From Polyangiales bacterium (GTDB lineage Bacteria; Myxococcota_A; Polyangia; Polyangiales; Ga0077539), in the NCBI GenBank assembly GCA_044229975.1, contig JBGARZ010000004.1, positions 192,001 through 256,000 of the forward strand: DNA of 64,000 nucleotides, in the 5' to 3' direction. Both the position numbers and the translations under genes were made by a program. A model generated the notes under the pieces. It did not search any database. It was not told the origin of the DNA and was given only the letters and a program-made list of their open reading frames with translations. Of this stretch, positions 1-9,803 are shown piece after piece; the first letter of the stretch is position 1, and each line of letters opens with the position of its first letter.

Positions 1-356
1 CCGAGGTGGGAGTCGATGGCCGCGAGCGAGCGTTCGAGCACCGCGCGGCGCTCGACGACCCACGGGTCACCCGTCGCGGCGAGGGCTTCGCGCACGAAGC
101 GATCGGCGTCGGCCCAGCGGCCGAGGGCCTGCGCGGCGAGTCCCATCTGGGCGCGAGCGCGGGGCGTGTGGGAGAGGTTGAAGGCGGCCTCGAAGGTCTC
201 GAAGGCCTCCTGGTCGTGGCCGTCGCGCCGCATCGCGAGGCCGCGGCGGATCATCTCCTCCACGTCACCGGTCTGCGCGTGGGCGCGCGTCGGGTTGGCG
301 ATCACCGACGACGCGATGAGCACCGCGAGCGCGACGCCTCGTCGGAGTGGAGTCAT
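1..356 (-). CDS. Secreted TPR-containing protein, probably the N-terminal part of a PEGA-domain protein (runs off the window edge)
   Basis: Read manually on the minus strand from ATG at 356: MTPLRRGVALAVLIASSVIANPTRAHAQTGDVEEMIRRGLAMRRDGHDQEAFETFEAAFNLSHTPRARAQMGLAAQALGRW. Signal peptide ends AHA|Q, then TPR-like helices as in 5488-6423. Confidence 0.7.
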   Translation of the reverse strand, partial: MTPLRRGVALAVLIASSVIANPTRAHAQTGDVEEMIRRGLAMRRDGHDQEAFETFEAAFNLSHTPRARAQMGLAAQALGRWADADRFVREALAATGDPWVVERRAVLERSLAAIDSHL

Positions 357-603
357 CTCAGCCGCCAACCATCCTCGTGACTGCAAACATCGCCTTGGGG
401 CCTCGTGGTCGCCCTCGCCAGGTCGCGGACTCTAGCGCCCGGCGAAGAGACCGCTCAACCAGATTCCCCGGTGGTTGCGCCACCACGCCGCGCTCCGTCA
501 GGTGCCCTGAGACGGTGTCAGGGCGGTCGCTCGGAGGGTGTCCGAGCGCTCGTCCGAGACCGGCGTGGCCGTCGGCGCCGCCTGACGATTCAGGTGCATT
601 CAG

Positions 604-1941
604 GTGCCTCCCGCGGTCGTCTCGCCGAGGCTCTGCCTGGTGTTGCGAGAGACCACGCCATCACGCCTCGACGCGACCGACCCCGAGCTCGCTCGCCTCG
701 CCGCCGAGGCCCTCGACGTCGGTGGCGGCTTCCTCCCCACGCGCACGCCCCTGCACGCATTGCCCTCGCCCTTCGCCGCCCACGAGCGCGCGCTCGACGA
801 GCTCGCGGCGCGCTACCACGCCGAGGGTGCTTCGGTGCGCGCGTGGCTCGACGCGACCTTCGCGACGTGGAGCGACGACCAGGCCCGCGCCCGCGACGCG
901 CTCGACGACGCCCACGCCGACAAGCTCATGACGGTGGTGAGCTTCCTCGCGCACGCCTACCGCTGGGACAGCGCTCCGCCACGCGCCGACGAGTACGGCC
1001 GCGCCCGCCTCGACCTGCCCATCGGGCTGCGCGCCCCGTGGGAGAGCCTCGCCCGGCGCATGGACGTCCCGCGCGTGGGCAACCTCTACGCGATGCTGCT
1101 GTGCAACTGGCGCATCCCCGGCCGCGGCGGCGGTGAGGTCTACGCGCACGACCAGCTCACGGGCGATCGCATCGAGCTCTTGCACGCGTGGCTGCGCGGA
1201 CCAGAGGCGGAGGAGATTCGCGCCTTCGTGCTGACGGTGATCGAGACCGAGGCGATGGGCGCGGCGGCGGTGCGCTCTTCCCTCGCGCTGATGGACGCCG
1301 CGGCGCGAAGCGATGCGGTCGAGACGATGCATCTACTCGAACGGCTGCGCGACGAGATCGAGCGCTTCGGGGCGCCGTTCAAGCGGTACATCCAGTTGCG
1401 GCGCATGACGCGCGATCACTTCCTCACGCTGGTGCAGCCGACCTTCATCTGGGCCATCGACGAGGGCACCGGCCTGGGCCCATTGGAGGGCGCGAGCGGC
1501 CCGCAGGTCGGGTGCATCCAGGTGGTCGACTCGACGCTCGGGGTCGCGCGCGACACGCGCATGGGGAGGGCGATCCTGCACTCGCGGTCATACATGCCCG
1601 CGCGACACCGACGGTTGCTCGACGCGCTCGACGCGCGCTCGCACCGGGTGCGGGACTTCGTCGCGGGCGCAGGGGACGAGCGGCTCACCGGGCGCTTCAA
1701 CGCGTGCGTCGACGCGATGCGGGCGTGGCGGAGGGTTCATCACCGACGCGGCGCCTGGTACCTCGAAGGGGACACGAAGGGGGCCGCGCCGCACTACACG
1801 TCGACGGGCCTCGTGGTGCAGCTCGGGGAGAACCGGGTGCAGGCGTTCGATGCGGCCATGACGGAGCGCGCCGAGGAGACGGCTCGCGCGGCGATCGGGG
1901 GGTGTCCCTTCGCCGCCGCGTCGATGCGTCGTTGCGGGTGA
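604..1941 (+). CDS. Indoleamine 2,3-dioxygenase / PrnB-like heme-dependent dioxygenase superfamily protein
   Basis: FLAHAYRW, GASGPQ (IDO GGSAGQ-like loop), YMPARHR, and RxxH proximal heme His (WRRVH). Start uncertain. Confidence 0.7.
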   Translation: MPPAVVSPRLCLVLRETTPSRLDATDPELARLAAEALDVGGGFLPTRTPLHALPSPFAAHERALDELAARYHAEGASVRAWLDATFATWSDDQARARDALDDAHADKLMTVVSFLAHAYRWDSAPPRADEYGRARLDLPIGLRAPWESLARRMDVPRVGNLYAMLLCNWRIPGRGGGEVYAHDQLTGDRIELLHAWLRGPEAEEIRAFVLTVIETEAMGAAAVRSSLALMDAAARSDAVETMHLLERLRDEIERFGAPFKRYIQLRRMTRDHFLTLVQPTFIWAIDEGTGLGPLEGASGPQVGCIQVVDSTLGVARDTRMGRAILHSRSYMPARHRRLLDALDARSHRVRDFVAGAGDERLTGRFNACVDAMRAWRRVHHRRGAWYLEGDTKGAAPHYTSTGLVVQLGENRVQAFDAAMTERAEETARAAIGGCPFAAASMRRCG

Positions 1942-2011
1942 ACTTTTCGCGACCGACCCAAAGGGTGTCTTTCCGCGCCGATCGAAGCGCGGTCGCGCGC
2001 GAGGAGGTCCC

Positions 2012-2560
2012 ATGAGGCGGAGCTGGTGGTGGGCAGGGTTGTCGCTGGTGGTTCTCGGGGGTTGCGCCCACCCGCAGGCGAGACCGCAGGCCCTGCGAGT
2101 TGCGCCTCCCTCGGAGGTGGGCGACGAAGTGACGCCGCCCCACCCGGTGATTCTCTCAGGGCCGTCTCCCTCCGACTGCCCGACGTGGGATGCGCTCGCA
2201 TCGATGACGTTCTCGTCGCTGGAGGGGTGTCCGCCTCCCTCGCCAGGGGAGCGCCCGCCAGGGTCTGTGCGAGCGCCTCTGCCGGCAGGGTCGCTCCCGT
2301 CACGCCCCGACGTGGCGGCCGCGATGCGCGCGTTGGGTCCGCGCATCCGGGCCTGCGGCGATGGTCAACCGTGGCGCGACGTCGACGTCACCATCGTCTT
2401 CGCCAGCGACGGGAGCGTCAGGCGGGTGCGCTTGTGGAGAGGGTTCGGGACGATCCCATTGGGTGAGTGTGTAGCCGCGGTGGCTCGCACCGCCTCGCTG
2501 CCGCCGTTCAGGGTCGACGAGTTCACGGTGACCTTCCCCTTCGCGCTCGGCCCGCGTTAG
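2012..2560 (+). CDS. Lipoprotein with C-terminal TonB-C/AgmX-PglI-like domain
   Basis: RBS GAGGAGG, lipobox VLGGC, Pro-rich linker, C-terminal 'IRAC...VTIVFASDGSV...CV...FTVTFPF'. Confidence 0.6.
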   Translation: MRRSWWWAGLSLVVLGGCAHPQARPQALRVAPPSEVGDEVTPPHPVILSGPSPSDCPTWDALASMTFSSLEGCPPPSPGERPPGSVRAPLPAGSLPSRPDVAAAMRALGPRIRACGDGQPWRDVDVTIVFASDGSVRRVRLWRGFGTIPLGECVAAVARTASLPPFRVDEFTVTFPFALGPR

Positions 2561-2579
2561 CGCGGTGTGCGTCCGTGTT

Positions 2580-2922
2580 CGAGGGAGCGGTTGGGGAGAG
2601 CGCCCACTGCGCGGTTGCGGACGGCCCGCACGCGGGCCTGCAACCGCTGAAGTGGGAGCCTGGAGCTGGGCGTCCCGCCTGCGCGGGACTTCCTGCATGT
2701 GCGCCGGTCGCTGGAGCGACCGTCGACAGGGTGAAGGCGGCCACTCCCGAGCCGTTCGGCGAGTTCCTACCTCCACTCGTCGAGCGCAGCGCGCTCGGCG
2801 CTCCGCCGGCAAGTCCCGCGAAGGCGGGACGTCCAGCTCCAGGCTCCCACTTCAGCGGTTGCAGGCCCGCGCGCGGGCCGTCCGCAACCGCGCAGTGGGC
2901 GCTCTCTTCAACCGCTCCCTCG
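2580..2922. mobile_element. Long fold-back (MITE/REPIN-like) element: ~112-bp inverted arms around a ~119-bp core
   Basis: Arm 2580-2691 (cgagggagcggtt...gcgggactt) is a near-perfect reverse complement of 2811-2922 (aagtcccgc...aaccgctccctcg). Confidence 0.8.
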
Positions 2923-3105
2923 CACGGTGATGCCCATCACGCGGGCCACCGCTCCCTCGCACGGTGATGCCCATCACGCGGGCCACCGCTCCCTCGCACG
3001 GTGATGCCCATCACGCGGGCCACCGCTCCCTCGCACGGTGATGCACATCACGCGGGCCACCGCTCCTCCACACAGTGATGCCCGTTCACGCGGGCCACTG
3101 CTTCC
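2911..3105. repeat. 37-bp tandem array, 5 copies plus a partial one
   Basis: Unit accgctccctcgcacggtgatgcccatcacgcgggcc starts at 2911, 2948, 2985, 3022 (1 mismatch) and 3059 (degenerate). Confidence 0.95.
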
Positions 3106-3112
3106 CCTTCGC

Positions 3113-5494
3113 TCACGCACGCGGTCGGCCCCGGCGCACCGCGGGCGTCCCGATCGAACCACGCACCGTGGTCCCCCGCACGAGCCCCGCGACGCTGTAC
3201 CCGAAGCCGGCGCTCCCGGGCGTCACGACCATCACCGTCGGCGCGACCGCGCTCATGCCATCGGCCCACAGGCTCGCGTCGCCGAAGTACACCTTCACCG
3301 TGCTGTTGGTGTCGCCGAGGTGGGGGATCGCCAGCGCGAAGTCACCCATGCCGTCGTCGTCGTAGTCGCCGACGCCCGCGATGGTCGAGGCCCACGTCGT
3401 CTCGCCGCTCGGCGCGAAGAGCGTGCGCTGCTCGGTCAGCACCGGCGCGGTCGACGACGTCGCGAGCGGCGCGCGCAGCACGATCATGCAGGCGCCGACG
3501 TATGCGAGGCCCACCTCGTCGCCGCCGTCGCCGTTGATGTCGCCCAGGTTGGCCACGCGCCGCTCGGCGCTGAAGGCCCCCGGCGTGCACGGCGACGGGT
3601 CCGTGAAGACGCTCGACGCCGCGATGCCCGTGACGCCGCCGTAGTACACGCGCAGGCCCGCGTCGCCCGCCACCACCACGTCGCTGAAGCCGTCGCCGTT
3701 GATGTCGCCGCCGCCCGTGACCGACGCGCCGAAGCCCACCGTCGACGAGAGCCCGCTCGCGCCGAGCGTCACCCTCACGAACGACGCCACGCCCGACACG
3801 TCCGACGCGAGGTAGAGGTCGGCGTCGCCGCGTGACCCGTGGCCGACGACGAAGTCGCCGCGGCCGTCGCCGTTGAAGTCGCCCGCCGTCGAGAGGCTCA
3901 TCGCCGGGTCGGGGCCCGCCACGGTGGGCGCGAGCTCGACGAAGCGGCCCTCGCGCGCACCGGTATACCCGCGGTAGACGCGCAGCACGCCCGTCGCGGG
4001 GAAGCCCACCACGAACTCCCCGATGCCGTCGCGGTTGGAGTCCATCACCGGCGCCATGCGGAGCGCGTCGGTGGTCGCGGCACCCGCCGTCGAGGGGACG
4101 AGCTCGGGGGTGCGGTCGCTGGAGGTGGTGGTCCCGAGGACGACGTAGACGCCGCTCGATCCGCCGCGGTCACCCGGAAAGCCGGTCGCGAGGCCGAAGT
4201 CTTCGAGGCCGTCGGCGTTGATGTCGCCGAGGCGCGCGGCGCGGCCGAAGTCGAGGCTGGGCTCGGTCACGAACACGAACTGTTCTGCGACGTGAGAGAA
4301 CGGCCGGCCGAGGATGATCGTCGCGCCGTGGGAGGCGCCCGAGCGCGCGTTGACCACGAGGAGGTCGGCGCCCCCGTTGCCGTCGAAGTCTCCCGCCTGG
4401 CCGATGGCGCGGGAGAGCGGCGCGCCCGTGATCGGTCGCATCGGCTGGTTGGCGCGCAGGCGGAAGGGCCACGCCACCGAGCGGATGGTGGCGGGCGCGA
4501 GGACGAGCTTCATGCGCCACCAGAGCGTGTGCCGCGAGCCGATGGGTCCGCCCGAGGCGACGAGCTCGTCGGCGTTGACGGAGGAGAGACGCCAGGTGGT
4601 GACGCCGCCGACGGCCGCGGACGTGGTCACCGGGAGGGTCACCGTCTGCGCCGCGACGAACTCAGAGCTCGGGCTGATCTCGATGAAGGCCGAGACGCCC
4701 GCGGGCACGTCCGTCCCGTGCACCTCGAAGGCGAGGAGCCGCGAGTTGGTGGTCGCTCCCGCCGTGGGCAGGATGAGCTGCGGGGTCGGGAGCGTTCCGG
4801 CGTCGGCGGAGGCATCGACGACATCGGGGACATCGAGCGGCGAAGAGGCATCGACCACGTCGGGCACATCGGGTACGTCGGGCACGTCGAGCGGGGTCGA
4901 GGCATCGACCACATCGGGCACATCGGGCACATCGACCACGTCGGGCGCGTCGAGGCGCGCGACCTCGGACAGCCCGGAGGCGTCGACGGTGGTCAGCCCG
5001 GTGATGTCGGGGAGCGACACGAGCTGGTCGTTGCGACACGTGCCTTCGATGCACGTCTCGTTGGGCGCGCACGTTTCGCTGACACCGAGGCAGGCGCGCT
5101 CCAGGAACATCGTCAGCAGCAGCTTGCGATCGGGGACGAAGCCCACGAGCGCGGAACGTTCGATGTGCCGGTTGGTGCCGACGGTGTCGGCCGTCACGAT
5201 GACCCGCACGCGGCGGCTGGCGTCGCCGTCGACGGGGACGAGCCCGAAGCTGATGGGCAGCGCGTAGGACGCCGGCCGGGGGTTGGCCGACAGGCGGAAG
5301 CTGCGGTCGTCGTAGACGTTCTGGCTCGACGGGTCGTACATCTGGACGTGGATGTTGTTGAGCTCGCCGGGGACCAGCAGGTCGCTGTCGATGAGCACCA
5401 GGAGCTGCGTGGCGGGCACCTCGCGGCAGCTCGCCGTCGAGCCCACGACGCACGCCAGCAGCAACGCCCACAGCTTCGAGCTTCGCGTCACCAT
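3113..5494 (-). CDS. Lipoprotein with Asp/Pro-rich linker and FG-GAP (integrin-alpha/VCBS-like) repeat beta-propeller
   Basis: Start MVTRSSKLW overlaps the upstream stop. Lipobox TASC, DVPDV linker repeats, repeated GDFDGNG/GDINGDG/GDFNGDG motifs. Confidence 0.85.
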   Translation of the reverse strand: MVTRSSKLWALLLACVVGSTASCREVPATQLLVLIDSDLLVPGELNNIHVQMYDPSSQNVYDDRSFRLSANPRPASYALPISFGLVPVDGDASRRVRVIVTADTVGTNRHIERSALVGFVPDRKLLLTMFLERACLGVSETCAPNETCIEGTCRNDQLVSLPDITGLTTVDASGLSEVARLDAPDVVDVPDVPDVVDASTPLDVPDVPDVPDVVDASSPLDVPDVVDASADAGTLPTPQLILPTAGATTNSRLLAFEVHGTDVPAGVSAFIEISPSSEFVAAQTVTLPVTTSAAVGGVTTWRLSSVNADELVASGGPIGSRHTLWWRMKLVLAPATIRSVAWPFRLRANQPMRPITGAPLSRAIGQAGDFDGNGGADLLVVNARSGASHGATIILGRPFSHVAEQFVFVTEPSLDFGRAARLGDINADGLEDFGLATGFPGDRGGSSGVYVVLGTTTSSDRTPELVPSTAGAATTDALRMAPVMDSNRDGIGEFVVGFPATGVLRVYRGYTGAREGRFVELAPTVAGPDPAMSLSTAGDFNGDGRGDFVVGHGSRGDADLYLASDVSGVASFVRVTLGASGLSSTVGFGASVTGGGDINGDGFSDVVVAGDAGLRVYYGGVTGIAASSVFTDPSPCTPGAFSAERRVANLGDINGDGGDEVGLAYVGACMIVLRAPLATSSTAPVLTEQRTLFAPSGETTWASTIAGVGDYDDDGMGDFALAIPHLGDTNSTVKVYFGDASLWADGMSAVAPTVMVVTPGSAGFGYSVAGLVRGTTVRGSIGTPAVRRGRPRA

Positions 5495-6423
5495 CGCACC
5501 ATCGCTCCCTGGAGCACCTGCTGCGTGCTCCCTCCGTCCGGCGCCGCGCTTCGCTCGATGAGCAGCGCGGCCACCACGCCGCCGATCACCGCGAGCCCGA
5601 CGCCGCCCCACAACCACGGGCTCTGGAACCACGGCGTTCGCGCCGACGACAGCGCCACCTCGACCCGCAGGTCACCGCCCGCGACGACGGTCACGGGGCG
5701 GCGGAAGGTGCGGTAGCCGTCCGCCTCGACGCGCACCCGGTGGGGCCCTGGAGCGCCTTGCCAGACGGTGGTGCCGTGGCCCACGACCTCGTCGTCGATG
5801 CTGACGGTGGCCTCGCGCTGATCGACGTTGACCGCGATGCGCCCTGGCACCACCGCGAGGTCGACGCGCCACTGCACGCTCTTGCCCGACTGCATGCCGA
5901 CGGAGAAGTGCTGCGTCGCGAGGCCGGGAGAGGAGACCTCGATCTCCCAGGTTCCGGGGTCGAGGTCGAGCTCGCGGATGGGCTGGTCGCGGCCGTCGGC
6001 GAAGACCGTTCCGCTGACGCGCACCTCCGCGCTGGCCGGCGCCACCACGAGGCGCAGGTGCGAGAGCGAGCGGTCCACCTCGGCTTCGAGTGCGTTGGCG
6101 TCGGCCACGAGGTCGGCCTCGGCGGTCACGCCGGGCATGGCGATGCACTCGCGCAAAACGGCGCGGGCTTCGCGAAAGCGCCCCATGCGGCGCAGCGCGA
6201 GGCCGGCGTTGAAGGCGGTGCGCGGTCGGTCCGCGTGTCGACGCGACTCCGTGAAGGCCTGGAGGGCTTCGCTCCAGTGTTCCTGCTGGGCGAGCAGAAC
6301 GCCGCGCTGGAAGTTGGCGCGGGCGAGCTCGACCGGGGTGGCGGTCTGCGCGTGGAGGGCGCCGACCCGGACCAGCAGCGCGAGGCAGAGCGTGACGACG
6401 GAGGCGCGGGCAGAGGGCATCAC
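5488..6423 (-). CDS. TPR + PEGA domain protein
   Basis: Signal peptide, TPR helices (ARANFQRG...EALQAF), two PEGA-like repeats (PGTWEIEVS, PGPHRVRVEADGY), C-terminal TM segment PWFQSPWLWGGVG. Confidence 0.85.
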   Translation of the reverse strand: MMPSARASVVTLCLALLVRVGALHAQTATPVELARANFQRGVLLAQQEHWSEALQAFTESRRHADRPRTAFNAGLALRRMGRFREARAVLRECIAMPGVTAEADLVADANALEAEVDRSLSHLRLVVAPASAEVRVSGTVFADGRDQPIRELDLDPGTWEIEVSSPGLATQHFSVGMQSGKSVQWRVDLAVVPGRIAVNVDQREATVSIDDEVVGHGTTVWQGAPGPHRVRVEADGYRTFRRPVTVVAGGDLRVEVALSSARTPWFQSPWLWGGVGLAVIGGVVAALLIERSAAPDGGSTQQVLQGAMVRW

Positions 6424-6442
6424 GACACGATCGGCCTACGGG

Positions 6443-7948
6443 TTAGGGGGACCAGGTTGTACGAAGGAGATCGCGCTGCGCCGGTGTAGTGGGCGGCGCA
6501 GCGGGCGTCGGAGCGGCGACCGGCGGAGCAGCAGGCGGCGGCGTGACGACCGCGACGGGTGTCGCGGCGGCGACGGCGGGCGCGTGATGCGAGGAGCCAC
6601 GGCGCACTCGGGTAGGACGCGTCGTGAGCGCGGGCGACTCCGGAGCGACGGGCGCAACGACCACGGGTGCCGCGACGACGGGGAGCGCCGCGTTGGCCTG
6701 GGCGACGGGCAACGGGGTGACGGCGGCGGCCGCGGGGCGCGCGGTGACGGGCGACGGGACGGGTTCGCGGCGTGAACCGACGAGTACGACCGACGCGGCC
6801 GCGACGCAGGCGGCGAGCGTGGCGCCGACGAGCCACGGGCGACGCGGCGGGGCGGCGGAGACGCGGCTCGCGACGACGACGGGCTCTGGCGTGGGGAGGT
6901 CGGGTCGCATCGTGGCGACGTTGGTGTCGCCGAGGCCGCCGGGGTCGGTGGGGGCGAGGGCGGAGAGGGTGACGCCGTCGGGCGGGGACACGTCGGGGTC
7001 GGTGGCCGCGAGGCTGCCGCGCACGCGCTGGAGGGCGCCGATGGGGGTGCGCTTCGCTTCACCGAGGGCGCGCAGCTCGGGCTCCCAGCGGGCGCGCACG
7101 GGCGGCGACGCCATGGGGAGCAGCGCGTGGGCGAGGGCGCGCAGGTCGGGGAAGCGGTCGTCGGGCGCGCGGGACATGGCGCGGAGGATGGCTTCCTCCA
7201 TGCGGGGGTCGATGTCGGGCGCGCGGTCGGAGGGCGCGGGCGGGTCTTCGAGGAGGATGGCCGAGATCATCTCGAAGATGGACGAACGCTCGAAGGGGAG
7301 CAGGCCCGTGCGGCACTCGTAGAGCGTGACGCCGAGGGAGTACTGGTCGCTGCGCGCGTCGACCTTGTGGGCGCTGCGGGCGGCTTCGGGGGAGAGGTAG
7401 CAGGGCGTCCCGACGAGCACCGAGGAGCTGGTGAGCCGGGCGAGCTTGGGGTCGGTGTGAGCGACGTGGGAGATGCCGAAGTCGACGAGCATGGCGCGGG
7501 TGCCGCCGCGGGCGTTGCGCGCGAGGAAGATGTTGTCGGGTTTGACGTCGCGGTGGATGACGCCGGACTCGTGGGCGAGGGCGAGCGCGTCGCAGACGGG
7601 CAACATCAGGTCGGCGAGCTCGGTGTCGGCGAGGCGCCGCTTGCGGGCGAGGCGGTCGGCGAGCGACTCGCCGTCGAGGTACTCCATCACGAGGTAGGGG
7701 GCGCCCTGGTTGGTCCCGACGTCGGAGACGTCGACGATGTGCTCGTGGCGGATGCGGGCGGCGGCCTCGCCCTCGCGGAGAAAGCGCTGCACCGCGGCCT
7801 GGTCGCGGGCAGCCTCGGGGAGCAGCACCTTGATGGCGACGCGCTTGCGGAGCTGGACGTGCTCGGCCTCGAAGACCGCGCCCATGGCGCCGCGACCGAT
7901 CTCGCGGATCACGCGGTAGCTGTGGAAGGACTCTCCGGGGGTGAGCAT
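6443..7948 (-). CDS. Hanks-type Ser/Thr protein kinase, membrane-anchored
   Basis: IGRGAMGAV, VAIKVL, HRDVKPDN, DFGIS, GTPCYLSPE, SDQYSLG, then TM segment and Pro-rich tail. Confidence 0.95.
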   Translation of the reverse strand: MLTPGESFHSYRVIREIGRGAMGAVFEAEHVQLRKRVAIKVLLPEAARDQAAVQRFLREGEAAARIRHEHIVDVSDVGTNQGAPYLVMEYLDGESLADRLARKRRLADTELADLMLPVCDALALAHESGVIHRDVKPDNIFLARNARGGTRAMLVDFGISHVAHTDPKLARLTSSSVLVGTPCYLSPEAARSAHKVDARSDQYSLGVTLYECRTGLLPFERSSIFEMISAILLEDPPAPSDRAPDIDPRMEEAILRAMSRAPDDRFPDLRALAHALLPMASPPVRARWEPELRALGEAKRTPIGALQRVRGSLAATDPDVSPPDGVTLSALAPTDPGGLGDTNVATMRPDLPTPEPVVVASRVSAAPPRRPWLVGATLAACVAAASVVLVGSRREPVPSPVTARPAAAAVTPLPVAQANAALPVVAAPVVVAPVAPESPALTTRPTRVRRGSSHHAPAVAAATPVAVVTPPPAAPPVAAPTPAAPPTTPAQRDLLRTTWSP

Positions 7949-7993
7949 CGGCGACGGAGGAGCGTCGCACGACGCGCGAGGGCGCCGTCAACC

Positions 7994-8929
7994 CTACACG
8001 GCGCTACGTCGGGGGCGGGCCGTCAGCGCCCGCTCGATGAGCCCGCGGACGAAGCGCGAGACCGGGTCGTCGTCGGTGATGCGCAGCCAGAGCAGCTCCT
8101 GCGCTGAGCCCGCGAGCGCAAACGGAAGCGCCGTCTGCCGCAGCTTCGGGTGCGTCTTCCGCAGGTAGCGGGCGTGCGGCTCGGGGACCGTCGCGAGCAG
8201 GCTCGACCCCTCCACCACCTCGCCCACATAGCTGAAGGCCGGAACCGACACCCGCACCCGGCGGGTCTTGCCGAGGGCGTCCTCGACGATGCCTCGAACG
8301 TCCCCCGCGTACGACACGATGACGTGCTCGTGGGCGAAGTAGGCCCGCTCGGTGAGGCGCTTGGGGAGCTTCGCGTGGCGCGGGTCGTACACGCAGACGA
8401 AGCCCGCCGTGGCGAAGGGCTTGCGCAGCACCGAGCGCGGCAGCTCGTCGGCCACGCTCAGCGCGAGGTCGACGCGGCGCGAGAGCAGCGCCTCCTCCAC
8501 CGTTCGAAACTGCACCGCCACGATGACCACCACCATGGACGGCGCCTCGGCTCGCAGCCGCGCGAGAATCAGCGGCAGCGCCCACCCCTCGGCGGACTCT
8601 GGTAGCCCGAGGCGGATGGTCGCCGTGGAGGTCGCGGGTTCGAACACCGACGGCGCCGTCACGGCCTCGACCAGCGGGCGCAGGTAGCGGTGCGACGCCG
8701 CGAGCAGCTCCGACCCGCGGGCGGTGAGCGCGATGCCGCGACCCTGTCGCGCGAAGAGCTCGGCGCCGACGAAGTTGGCGAGGCGACGGAGCGCCGCGCT
8801 CACCGCGGGTTGCGTGAGGTAGAGGCGGGCCGCCGCGCGGGTGACGCTGCCCTCCTCCGCGACGACGGCGAAGACCCGCAGGAGGTTGAGGTCGAGGTCC
8901 CTTTCATAGACGGCGTTCATGTCAGGCAT
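7994..8929 (-). CDS. LysR family transcriptional regulator
   Basis: DLNLLRVF...SVTRAAARLYLTQPAVSAALRRL HTH; divergent from the SDR gene. Confidence 0.95.
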   Translation of the reverse strand: MPDMNAVYERDLDLNLLRVFAVVAEEGSVTRAAARLYLTQPAVSAALRRLANFVGAELFARQGRGIALTARGSELLAASHRYLRPLVEAVTAPSVFEPATSTATIRLGLPESAEGWALPLILARLRAEAPSMVVVIVAVQFRTVEEALLSRRVDLALSVADELPRSVLRKPFATAGFVCVYDPRHAKLPKRLTERAYFAHEHVIVSYAGDVRGIVEDALGKTRRVRVSVPAFSYVGEVVEGSSLLATVPEPHARYLRKTHPKLRQTALPFALAGSAQELLWLRITDDDPVSRFVRGLIERALTARPRRSAV

Positions 8930-8998
8930 GCATCCTATCGCTTGGACTGATCGGTGGTCGACGCCTCATGTTGGGTCGCGAGAGAGGCAGGGAGATCC

Positions 8999-9754
8999 AT
9001 GAAGACCAGCGGAAACACGATTCTGATCACGGGCGGGGCGACGGGCATCGGGCGCGGACTGGCCGAGGCGTTTCACGCCCGCGGCAACAAGGTCATCCTC
9101 GCGGGCCGACGGAAGGAGGTGCTCGACGAGGTCGTCGCGGCCAACCCGGGCATGAGCGCGTACGTGCTCGACGTGGGGGACGCCGTGGCCATCCGCGAGT
9201 TCGCGCGGCGGGTCACGGCCGAGCACCCGACGCTCGACGTGCTCATCAACAACGCGGGCATCATGCGCGCCGAAGCACTGCTGACGCAGACCGACGACGT
9301 GGCCGACGCGGAGGCGACGGTGATCACCAACGTGCTCGGACCCATCCGGCTCACGGCGGCGCTGCTGCCCGCGCTCCAGAAGCGCCCGCGCTCGGCGATC
9401 GTGAATGTGTCGTCGGGGCTGGCGTTTGTTCCGCTGGTGCAGACGCCGACGTACTCGGCGACGAAGGCGGCGCTGCACTCGTACACGCAGTCGCTGCGGC
9501 ACCAGCTCAAGGGGACCAGCACCGAGGTCATCGAGCTCGTCCCCCCGGCGGTGCAGACCGACCTCATGCCCGGCCACGCGGTCAACCCGCGGTCGATGCC
9601 GCTCGACGAGTACATCGCCGAGGTGATGGGCATCTTCGAGGCGCAGCCGGACGCGGAGGAGGTGTGCGTCGAGCGGGTGAAGTTCCTGCGCAACGCGGAG
9701 GCGGAGGGGCGCTTCGGGCAGACCTTCGAGATGCTCAACAGCGCCGCGCGCTGA
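8999..9754 (+). CDS. Short-chain dehydrogenase/reductase (DltE-like)
   Basis: TGGATGIG, NNAG, YSATK catalytic motif; RBS GGAG before ATG 8999. Confidence 0.93.
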   Translation: MKTSGNTILITGGATGIGRGLAEAFHARGNKVILAGRRKEVLDEVVAANPGMSAYVLDVGDAVAIREFARRVTAEHPTLDVLINNAGIMRAEALLTQTDDVADAEATVITNVLGPIRLTAALLPALQKRPRSAIVNVSSGLAFVPLVQTPTYSATKAALHSYTQSLRHQLKGTSTEVIELVPPAVQTDLMPGHAVNPRSMPLDEYIAEVMGIFEAQPDAEEVCVERVKFLRNAEAEGRFGQTFEMLNSAAR

Positions 9755-9803
9755 GGGGCATCGAGGGACGTCGCCCGCCATCGTGAAGAAAATTTCACCG
9801 GCG

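Noticed and set aside
490..610. Hairpins and repeated TCAGGTGC upstream of the IDO-like gene as a riboswitch
   Set aside because: Stems exist (cgctcgga/tccgagcg), but I could not find the conserved TPP or glycine riboswitch cores.
2911..3105. 37-bp repeats as a CRISPR array
   Set aside because: Units are head-to-tail with no unique spacers, and there are no cas genes in the window.
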